64,000 nt of DNA from Eledone cirrhosa (lineage: Eukaryota): contig OZ024741.1 of assembly GCA_964016885.1 (NCBI GenBank), positions 243,846,001 to 243,910,000 of the forward strand, given 5' to 3'. The position numbers were made by a program, and so were the translations under genes. The notes beneath the pieces are model-generated. The model was not told where the DNA came from and searched no databases. It worked only from the letters and a program-made list of their open reading frames with translations. This document shows, piece by piece, positions 1 to 11,100 of the stretch. How positions within the stretch are numbered: the stretch's first letter is position 1; the number at the start of each line of letters is the position of its first letter.

Positions 1-1050
1 TTCTTCGAAGCACACCATTCGCCGCCGGACTTCAGCTTCCTCATTTAGCATGGGCAGCTTTTCTTAAAAATCACACCACACTCAGCAAATGCGTGTCTGC
101 ACATGTACCAGTAATTACAGATCGATCCGACCACGGGCGGCCTGCCTACGATCGAAAAGGTAACTCCGCCGGCAAATTCGCATTTTTGTGATTCGTTTCT
201 TCGAAGCACACCATTCGCCGCCGGACTTCAGCTTCCTCATTTAGCATGGGCAGCTTTTCTTGAAAATCACACCACACACAGCAAATGTGTGTCTGCACAG
301 GTACGAGTAATTACAGATCGATCCGACCACGGGCGGCCGGGCCACGATCGAAAAGGTAACTCCGCCGGCAAATCCGCATTTTTGTGATTCGTTTCTTCGA
401 AGCACACCATTCGCTGGTGGACTTCAGCTTCCTCATTTAACATGGGCAGCTTTTCTTGAAAATCACACCACACTCAGCAAATGTGTGTCTGCACATGTAC
501 CAGTAATTACAGATCGATCCGCCCACGGGCGGCCGGGCCACGATCGAAAATGTAACTCCGCCGGCAAATTCGCATTTTTGTGATTCATTTCTTCGAAGCA
601 CACCATTCGCTGGTGGACTTCAGCTTCCTCATTTAGCATGGGCAGCTTTTCTTGAAAATCACACCACACACAGCAAATTTGTGTCTACACAGGTACCAGT
701 AATTACAGATCGATCCGACCACGGACGGCTGGCCCAGGATCGAAAAGGTAACTCCGGCGGCAAATTCGCATTTTTGTGATTCGTTTCTTCGAAGCACACC
801 ATTCGCTGGTGGACTTCAGCTTCCTCATTTAGCATGGGCAGCTTTTCTTGAAAATCACACCACACACAGCCAATGAGTGTCTGCACATGTACCAGTAATT
901 ACAGATCGATCCGACCACGGGCGGCCGGCCCACGATCGAAAAGGTAACTCCGCCGGCAAATTCGCATTTTTGTGATTCGTTTCTTCGAAGCACACCATTA
1001 GCCGCCGGACTTCAGCTTCCTCATTTAGCATGGGCAGCTTTTCTTGAAAA

Positions 1051-1246
1051 TCACACCACACACAGCAAATGTGTGTCTGCACATGTACCAGTACGTACAG
1101 ATCGATCCGACCACGGGCGGCAGGCCCACATTCGAAAAGGTTACTCCGCCTGCAAATCGTCATTTTCGGATTCGTTTTCTTCGAAGCACACCATTCGCCG
1201 GCGGACTTCAGCTGCCTCATTTAGCATGGGCAGCTTTTCTTGAAAA
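1051..1246 (+). repeat. Divergent monomer subfamily (type Y), first of ~29 copies in the window
   Basis: Diagnostic string 'gtacgtacag...cccacattcgaaaaggttactccgcctgcaaatcgtcattttcggattcgttttcttcg...cgccggcggacttcagctgcc'. Copies start at 1051, 2227, 4579, 5755, 7519, 8695, 11047, 12223, 13987, 15163, 20455, 24767, 26727, 27315, 30255, 30843, 32215, 33783, 35547, 39859, 40643, 45151, 49463, 53775, 56519, 56911, 59655, 62399, 63771. Confidence 0.9.
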
Positions 1247-1638
1247 TCACACCTCACACAGCAAATGTGTCTCTGCACATGTACTAGTAATTACAGATCG
1301 ATCCGACCACGGGCAACCGGCCCACGATCGAAAAGGTAACTCCGGCGGCAAATTCGCATTTTTGTGATTCGTTTCTTCGAAGCACACCATTCGCCGCCGG
1401 ACTTCAGAGTCCTCATTTAGCATGGGCAGCTTTTCTTGAAAATCACACCACTCACAGACTATGAGTGTCTGCACATGTACCACTAATTACAGATCGATAC
1501 GACCACGGGCGGCCTGCCCACGATCGAAAAGGTAACTCCGCCGGCAAATCCGCATTTTTGTGATTCGTTTCTTCGAAGCACACCATTCGCCGCCGGACTT
1601 CAGCTTCCTCATTTAGCATGGGCAGCTTTTCTTAAAAA

Positions 1639-1834
1639 TCACACCACACTCAGCAAATGTGTGTCTGCACATGTACCAGTAATTACAGATCGATCCGACC
1701 ACGGGCGGCCTGCCCACGATCGAAAAGGTAACTCCGCCGGCAAATTCGCATTTTTGTGATTCGTTTCTTCGAAGCACACCATTCGCTGGTGGACTTCAGC
1801 TTCCTCATTTAACATGGGCAGCTTTTCTTGAAAA
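1639..1834 (+). repeat. Representative near-consensus 196-bp monomer
   Basis: Runs from tcacaccacactcagcaaatgtgtgtctgc to gcagcttttcttgaaaa. The next monomer starts at 1835. Confidence 0.95.
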
Positions 1835-2129
1835 TCACACCACACTTAGCAAATGTGTGTCTGCACATGTACCAGTAATTACAGATCGATCCGCCCACGG
1901 GCGGCCGGCTCACGATCGAAAATGTAACTCCGCCGGCAAATTCGCATTTTTGTGATTCATTTCTTCGAAGCACACCATTCGCTGGTGGACTTCAGCTTCC
2001 TCATTTAGCATGGGCAGCTTTTCTTGAAAATCACACCACACACAGCCAATGAGTGTCTGCACATGTACCAGTAATTACAGATCGATCCGACCACGGGCGG
2101 CCGGCCCACGATCGAAAAGGTAACTCCGC

Positions 2130-5100
2130 CGGCAAATTCGCATTTTTGTGATTCGTTTCTTCGAAGCACACCATTAGCCGCCGGACTTCAGCTTCCTCAT
2201 TTAGCATGGGCAGCTTTTCTTGAAAATCACACCACACACAGCAAATGTGTGTCTGCACATGTACCAGTACGTACAGATCGATCCGACCACGGGCGGCAGG
2301 CCCACATTCGAAAAGGTTACTCCGCCTGCAAATCGTCATTTTCGGATTCGTTTTCTTCGAAGCACACCATTCGCCGGCGGACTTCAGCTGCCTCATTTAG
2401 CATGGGCAGCTTTTCTTGAAAATCACACCACACTCAGCAAATCTGTGTCTGCACATGTACCAGTAATTACAGATCGATCCGACCACGGGCGGCCTGCCCA
2501 CGATCGAAAAGGTAACCCCGCCGGCAAATTCGCATTTTTGCGATTCGTTTCTTCGAAGCACACCATTCGCTGGTGGACTTCAGCTTCCTCATTTAACATG
2601 GGCAGCTTTTCTTGAAAATCACACCACACTCAGCAAATCTGTGTCTGCACATGTACCAGTAATTACAGATCGATCCGACCACCGCCGGCTGGCCCAGGAT
2701 CGAAAAGGTAACTCCGGCGGCAAATTCGCATTTTTGTGATTCATTTCTTCGAAGCACACCATTCGCTGGTGGACTTCAGCTTCCTCATTTAGCATGGGCA
2801 GCTTTTCTTGAAAATCACACCACACACAGCCAATGAGTGACTGCACATGTACCAGTAATTACAGATCGATCCGACTACGGGCGGCCTGTCTACGATCGAA
2901 AAGGTAACTCCGCCGGCAAATTCGCATTTTTGTGATTCGTTTCTTCGAAGCACACCATTCGCTGGTGGACTTCAGCTTCCTCATTTAGCATGGGCAGCTT
3001 TTCTTGAAAATCACACCACTCACAGACTATGAGTGTCTGCACATGGACCACTAATTACAGATCGATACGACCACGGGCGGCCTGCCCACGATCGAAAAGG
3101 TAACTCCGCCGGAAAATCCGCATTTTTGTGATTCGTTTCTTCGAAGCACACCATTCGCCGCCGGACTTCAGCTTCCTCATTTAGCAGGGGCAGCTTTTCT
3201 TAAAAATCACACCACACTCAGCAAATGTGTGTCTGCACATGTACCAGTAATTACAGATCGATCCGACCACGGGCGGCCTGCCCACGATCGAAAAGGTAAC
3301 TCCGCCGGCAAATTCGCATTTTTGTGATTCGTTTCTTCGAAGCACACCATTCGCTGGTGGACTTCAGCTTCCTCATTTAGCATGGGCAGCTTTTCTTGAA
3401 AATCACACCACTCACAGACTATGAGTCTCTGCACATGTACCACTAATTACAGATCGATACGACCACGGGCGGCCTGCCCACGATCGAAAAGGTAACTCCG
3501 CCGGCAAATCCGCATTTTTGTGATTCGTTTCTTCGAAGCACACCATTCGCCGCCGGACTTCAGCTTCCTCATTTAGCATGGGCAGCTTTTCTTAAAAATC
3601 ACACCACACTCAGCAAATGCGTGTCTGCACATGTACCAGTAATTACAGATCGATCCGACCACGGGCGGCCTGCCTACGATCGAAAAGGTAACTCCGCCGG
3701 CAAATTCGCATTTTTGTGATTCGTTTCTTCGAAGCACACCATTCGCCGCCGGACTTCAGCTTCCTCATTTAGCATGGGCAGCTTTTCTTGAAAATCACAC
3801 CACACACAGCAAATGTGTGTCTGCACAGGTACGAGTAATTACAGATCGATCCGACCACGGGCGGCCGGGCCACGATCGAAAAGGTAACTCCGCCGGCAAA
3901 TCCGCATTTTTGTGATTCGTTTCTTCGAAGCACACCATTCGCTGGTGGACTTCAGCTTCCTCATTTAACATGGGCAGCTTTTCTTGAAAATCACACCACA
4001 CTCAGCAAATGTGTGTCTGCACATGTACCAGTAATTACAGATCGATCCGCCCACGGGCGGCCGGGCCACGATCGAAAATGTAACTCCGCCGGCAAATTCG
4101 CATTTTTGTGATTCATTTCTTCGAAGCACACCATTCGCTGGTGGACTTCAGCTTCCTCATTTAGCATGGGCAGCTTTTCTTGAAAATCACACCACACACA
4201 GCAAATTTGTGTCTACACAGGTACCAGTAATTACAGATCGATCCGACCACGGACGGCTGGCCCAGGATCGAAAAGGTAACTCCGGCGGCAAATTCGCATT
4301 TTTGTGATTCGTTTCTTCGAAGCACACCATTCGCTGGTGGACTTCAGCTTCCTCATTTAGCATGGGCAGCTTTTCTTGAAAATCACACCACACACAGCCA
4401 ATGAGTGTCTGCACATGTACCAGTAATTACAGATCGATCCGACCACGGGCGGCCGGCCCACGATCGAAAAGGTAACTCCGCCGGCAAATTCGCATTTTTG
4501 TGATTCGTTTCTTCGAAGCACACCATTAGCCGCCGGACTTCAGCTTCCTCATTTAGCATGGGCAGCTTTTCTTGAAAATCACACCACACACAGCAAATGT
4601 GTGTCTGCACATGTACCAGTACGTACAGATCGATCCGACCACGGGCGGCAGGCCCACATTCGAAAAGGTTACTCCGCCTGCAAATCGTCATTTTCGGATT
4701 CGTTTTCTTCGAAGCACACCATTCGCCGGCGGACTTCAGCTGCCTCATTTAGCATGGGCAGCTTTTCTTGAAAATCACACCTCACACAGCAAATGTGTCT
4801 CTGCACATGTACTAGTAATTACAGATCGATCCGACCACGGGCAACCGGCCCACGATCGAAAAGGTAACTCCGGCGGCAAATTCGCATTTTTGTGATTCGT
4901 TTCTTCGAAGCACACCATTCGCCGCCGGACTTCAGAGTCCTCATTTAGCATGGGCAGCTTTTCTTGAAAATCACACCACTCACAGACTATGAGTGTCTGC
5001 ACATGTACCACTAATTACAGATCGATACGACCACGGGCGGCCTGCCCACGATCGAAAAGGTAACTCCGCCGGCAAATCCGCATTTTTGTGATTCGTTTCT

Positions 5101-8100
5101 TCGAAGCACACCATTCGCCGCCGGACTTCAGCTTCCTCATTTAGCATGGGCAGCTTTTCTTAAAAATCACACCACACTCAGCAAATGTGTGTCTGCACAT
5201 GTACCAGTAATTACAGATCGATCCGACCACGGGCGGCCTGCCCACGATCGAAAAGGTAACTCCGCCGGCAAATTCGCATTTTTGTGATTCGTTTCTTCGA
5301 AGCACACCATTCGCTGGTGGACTTCAGCTTCCTCATTTAACATGGGCAGCTTTTCTTGAAAATCACACCACACTTAGCAAATGTGTGTCTGCACATGTAC
5401 CAGTAATTACAGATCGATCCGCCCACGGGCGGCCGGCTCACAATCGAAAATGTAACTCCGCCGGCAAATTCGCATTTTTGTGATTCATTTCTTCGAAGCA
5501 CACCATTCGCTGGTGGACTTCAGCTTCCTCATTTAGCATGGGCAGCTTTTCTTGAAAATCACACCACACACAGCCAATGAGTGTCTGCACATGTACCAGT
5601 AATTACAGATCGATCCGACCACGGGCGGCCGGCCCACGATCGAAAAGGTAACTCCGCCGGCAAATTCGCATTTTTGTGATTCGTTTCTTCGAAGCACACC
5701 ATTAGCCGCCGGACTTCAGCTTCCTCATTTAGCATGGGCAGCTTTTCTTGAAAATCACACCACACACAGCAAATGTGTGTCTGCACATGTACCAGTACGT
5801 ACAGATCGATCCGACCACGGGCGGCAGGCCCACATTCGAAAAGGTTACTCCGCCTGCAAATCGTCATTTTCGGATTCGTTTTCTTCGAAGCACACCATTC
5901 GCCGGCGGACTTCAGCTGCCTCATTTAGCATGGGCAGCTTTTCTTGAAAATCACACCACACTCAGCAAATCTGTGTCTGCACATGTACCAGTAATTACAG
6001 ATCGATCCGACCACGGGCGGCCTGCCCACGATCGAAAAGGTAACCCCGCCGGCAAATTCGCATTTTTGCGATTCGTTTCTTCGAAGCACACCATTCGCTG
6101 GTGGACTTCAGCTTCCTCATTTAACATGGGCAGCTTTTCTTGAAAATCACACCACACTCAGCAAATCTGTGTCTGCACATGTACCAGTAATTACAGATCG
6201 ATCCGACCACCGCCGGCTGGCCCAGGATCGAAAAGGTAACTCCGGCGGCAAATTCGCATTTTTGTGATTCATTTCTTCGAAGCACACCATTCGCTGGTGG
6301 ACTTCAGCTTCCTCATTTAGCATGGGCAGCTTTTCTTGAAAATCACACCACACACAGCCAATGAGTGACTGCACATGTACCAGTAATTACAGATCGATCC
6401 GACTACGGGCGGCCTGTCTACGATCGAAAAGGTAACTCCGCCGGCAAATTCGCATTTTTGTGATTCGTTTCTTCGAAGCACACCATTCGCTGGTGGACTT
6501 CAGCTTCCTCATTTAGCATGGGCAGCTTTTCTTGAAAATCACACCACTCACAGACTATGAGTGTCTGCACATGGACCACTAATTACAGATCGATACGACC
6601 ACGGGCGGCCTGCCCACGATCGAAAAGGTAACTCCGCCGGCAAATCCGCATTTTTGTGATTCGTTTCTTCGAAGCACACCATTCGCCGCCGGACTTCAGC
6701 TTCCTCATTTAGCATGGGCAGCTTTTCTTAAAAATCACACCACACTCAGCAAATGTGTGTCTGCACATGTACCAGTAATTACAGATCGATCCGACCACGG
6801 GCGGCCTGCCCACGATCGAAAAGGTAACTCCGCCGGCAAATTCGCATTTTTGTGATTCGTTTCTTCGAAGGACACCATTCGCTGGTGGACTTCAGCTTCC
6901 TCATTTAACATGGGCAGCTTTTCTTGAAAATCACACCACACTCAGCAAATGTGTGACTGCACATGTACCAGTAATTACAGATCGATCCGCCCACGGGCGG
7001 CCGGGCCACGATCGAAAATGTAACTCCGCCGGCAAATTCGCATTTTTGTGATTCATTTCTTCGAAGCACACCATTCGCTGGTGGACTTCAGCTTCCTCAT
7101 TTAGCATGGGCAGCTTTTCTTGAAAATCACACCACACACAGCAAATTTGTGTCTACACAGGTACCAGTAATTACAGATCGATCCGACCACGGACGGCTGG
7201 CCCAGGATCGAAAAGGTAACTCCGGCGGCAAATTCGCATTTTTGTGATTCGTTTCTTCGAAGCACACCATTCGCTGGTGGACTTCAGCTTCCTCATTTAG
7301 CATGGGCAGCTTTTCTTGAAAATCACACCACACACAGCCAATGAGTGTCTGCACATGTACCAGTAATTACAGATCGATCCGACCACGGGCGGCCGGCCCA
7401 CGATCGAAAAGGTAACTCCGCCGGCAAATTCGCATTTTTGTGATTCGTTTCTTCGAAGCACACCATTAGCCGCCGGACTTCAGCTTCCTCATTTAGCATG
7501 GGCAGCTTTTCTTGAAAATCACACCACACACAGCAAATGTGTGTCTGCACATGTACCAGTACGTACAGATCGATCCGACCACGGGCGGCAGGCCCACATT
7601 CGAAAAGGTTACTCCGCCTGCAAATCGTCATTTTCGGATTCGTTTTCTTCGAAGCACACCATTCGCCGGCGGACTTCAGCTGCCTCATTTAGCATGGGCA
7701 GCTTTTCTTGAAAATCACACCTCACACAGCAAATGTGTCTCTGCACATGTACTAGTAATTACAGATCGATCCGACCACGGGCAACCGGCCCACGATCGAA
7801 AAGGTAACTCCGGCGGCAAATTCGCATTTTTGTGATTCGTTTCTTCGAAGCACACCATTCGCCGCCGGACTTCAGAGTCCTCATTTAGCATGGGCAGCTT
7901 TTCTTGAAAATCACACCACACTCAGCAAATGTGTGTCTGCACATGTACCAGTAATTACAGATCGATCCGACCACGGGCGGCCTGCCCACGATCGAAAAGG
8001 TAACTCCGCCGGCAAATTCGCATTTTTGTGATTCGTTTCTTCGAAGCACACCATTCGCTGGTGGACTTCAGCTTCCTCATTTAGCATGGGCAGCTTTTCT

Positions 8101-11100
8101 TGAAAATCACACCACTCACAGACTATGAGTCTCTGCACATGTACCAGTAATTACAGATCGATCCGACCATGGGCGGCCTGCCCACGATCGAAAAGGTAAC
8201 TCCGCCGGCAAATTCGCATTTTTGTGATTCGTTTCTTCGAAGCACACCATTCGCTGGTGGACTTCAGCTTCCTCATTTAACATGGGCAGCTTTTCTTGAA
8301 AATCACACCACACTCAGCAAATGTGTGTCTGCACATGTACCAGTAATTACAGATCGATCCGCCCACGGGCGGCCGGCCCACGATCGAAAATGTAACTCCG
8401 CCGGCAAATTCGCATTTTTGTGATTCGTTTCTTCGAAGCACACCATTCGCTGGTGGACTTCAGCTTCCTCATTTAGCATGGGCAGCTTTTCTTGAAAATC
8501 ACACCACACACAGCAAATGTGTGTCTACACAGGTACCAGTAATTACAGATCGATCCGACCACGGACGGCTGGCCCAGGATCGAAAAGGTAACTCCGGCGG
8601 CAAATTCGCATTTTTGTGATTCGTTTCTTCGAAGCACACCATTAGCCGCCGGACTTCAGCTTCCTCATTTAGCATGGGCAGCTTTTCTTGAAAATCACAC
8701 CACACACAGCAAATGTGTGTCTGCACATGTACCAGTACGTACAGATCGATCCGACCACGGGCGGCAGGCCCACATTCGAAAAGGTTACTCCGCCTGCAAA
8801 TCGTCATTTTCGGATTCGTTTTCTTCGAAGCACACCATTCGCCGGCGGACTTCAGCTGCCTCATTTAGCATGGGCAGCTTTTCTTGAAAATCACACCACA
8901 CTCAGCAAATCTGTGTCTGCACATGTACCAGTAATTACAGATCGATCCGACCACGGGCGGCCTGCCCACGATCGAAAAGGTAACCCCGCCGGCAAATTCG
9001 CATTTTTGCGATTCGTTTCTTCGAAGCACACCATTCGCTGGTGGACTTCAGCTTCCTCATTTAACATGGGCAGCTTTTCTTGAAAATCACACCACACTCA
9101 GCAAATCTGTGTCTGCACATGTACCAGTAATTACAGATCGATCCGACCACCGCCGGCTGGCCCAGGATCGAAAAGGTAACTCCGGCGGCAAATTCGCATT
9201 TTTGTGATTCATTTCTTCGAAGCACACCATTCGCTGGTGGACTTCAGCTTCCTCATTTAGCATGGGCAGCTTTTCTTGAAAATCACACCACACACAGCCA
9301 ATGAGTGACTGCACATGTACCAGTAATTACAGATCGATCCGACTACGGGCGGCCTGTCTACGATCGAAAAGGTAACTCCGCCGGCAAATTCGCATTTTTG
9401 TGATTCGTTTCTTCGAAGCACACCATTCGCTGGTGGACTTCAGCTTCCTCATTTAGCATGGGCAGCTTTTCTTGAAAATCACACCACTCACAGACTATGA
9501 GTGTCTGCACATGGACCACTAATTACAGATCGATACGACCACGGGCGGCCTGCCCACGATCGAAAAGGTAACTCCGCCGGAAAATCCGCATTTTTGTGAT
9601 TCGTTTCTTCGAAGCACACCATTCGCCGCCGGACTTCAGCTTCCTCATTTAGCAGGGGCAGCTTTTCTTAAAAATCACACCACACTCAGCAAATGTGTGT
9701 CTGCACATGTACCAGTAATTACAGATCGATCCGACCACGGGCGGCCTGCCCACGATCGAAAAGGTAACTCCGCCGGCAAATTCGCATTTTTGTGATTCGT
9801 TTCTTCGAAGCACACCATTCGCTGGTGGACTTCAGCTTCCTCATTTAGCATGGGCAGCTTTTCTTGAAAATCACACCACTCACAGACTATGAGTCTCTGC
9901 ACATGTACCACTAATTACAGATCGATACGACCACGGGCGGCCTGCCCACGATCGAAAAGGTAACTCCGCCGGCAAATCCGCATTTTTGTGATTCGTTTCT
10001 TCGAAGCACACCATTCGCCGCCGGACTTCAGCTTCCTCATTTAGCATGGGCAGCTTTTCTTAAAAATCACACCACACTCAGCAAATGCGTGTCTGCACAT
10101 GTACCAGTAATTACAGATCGATCCGACCACGGGCGGCCTGCCTACGATCGAAAAGGTAACTCCGCCGGCAAATTCGCATTTTTGTGATTCGTTTCTTCGA
10201 AGCACACCATTCGCCGCCGGACTTCAGCTTCCTCATTTAGCATGGGCAGCTTTTCTTGAAAATCACACCACACACAGCAAATGTGTGTCTGCACAGGTAC
10301 GAGTAATTACAGATCGATCCGACCACGGGCGGCCGGGCCACGATCGAAAAGGTAACTCCGCCGGCAAATCCGCATTTTTGTGATTCGTTTCTTCGAAGCA
10401 CACCATTCGCTGGTGGACTTCAGCTTCCTCATTTAACATGGGCAGCTTTTCTTGAAAATCACACCACACTCAGCAAATGTGTGTCTGCACATGTACCAGT
10501 AATTACAGATCGATCCGCCCACGGGCGGCCGGGCCACGATCGAAAATGTAACTCCGCCGGCAAATTCGCATTTTTGTGATTCATTTCTTCGAAGCACACC
10601 ATTCGCTGGTGGACTTCAGCTTCCTCATTTAGCATGGGCAGCTTTTCTTGAAAATCACACCACACACAGCAAATTTGTGTCTACACAGGTACCAGTAATT
10701 ACAGATCGATCCGACCACGGACGGCTGGCCCAGGATCGAAAAGGTAACTCCGGCGGCAAATTCGCATTTTTGTGATTCGTTTCTTCGAAGCACACCATTC
10801 GCTGGTGGACTTCAGCTTCCTCATTTAGCATGGGCAGCTTTTCTTGAAAATCACACCACACACAGCCAATGAGTGTCTGCACATGTACCAGTAATTACAG
10901 ATCGATCCGACCACGGGCGGCCGGCCCACGATCGAAAAGGTAACTCCGCCGGCAAATTCGCATTTTTGTGATTCGTTTCTTCGAAGCACACCATTAGCCG
11001 CCGGACTTCAGCTTCCTCATTTAGCATGGGCAGCTTTTCTTGAAAATCACACCACACACAGCAAATGTGTGTCTGCACATGTACCAGTACGTACAGATCG

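Larger units (their letters stand above)
1..6640. repeat. Higher-order repeat, 18-mer (3528-bp period), ~1.9 copies visible
   Basis: Variant monomers recur at +3528: 'aaatgcgtg' 87/3615, 'ggtacgag' 300/3828, and ORFs 267/3795, 1044/4572, 2220/5748, 2619/6147. One SNP seen (1914 g vs 5442 a). The match breaks at 3113 a vs 6641 c. Confidence 0.9.

Noticed and set aside
1755-1780. CENP-B box-like motif around 'attcgtttcttcgaag'
   Set aside because: It has TTCG but lacks the required A and CGGG positions of the nTTCGnnnnAnnCGGGn core on either strand.
1639-1834. Tandem 5S rRNA, tRNA, snRNA or spliced-leader gene array
   Set aside because: I recognise no 5S, tRNA cloverleaf, snRNA or SL sequence on either strand. 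'cttcgaagc' only weakly resembles a Pol III B box and lacks a convincing A box. An Infernal/Rfam search would be the definitive test.
1639-1834. 10-bp phased A-tracts causing intrinsic curvature
   Set aside because: Short A/T tracts exist (gaaaat, gaaaag, ttttt, tttt), but by eye they are not regularly spaced at ~10.5 bp across the monomer. This is unsupported without a curvature calculation.
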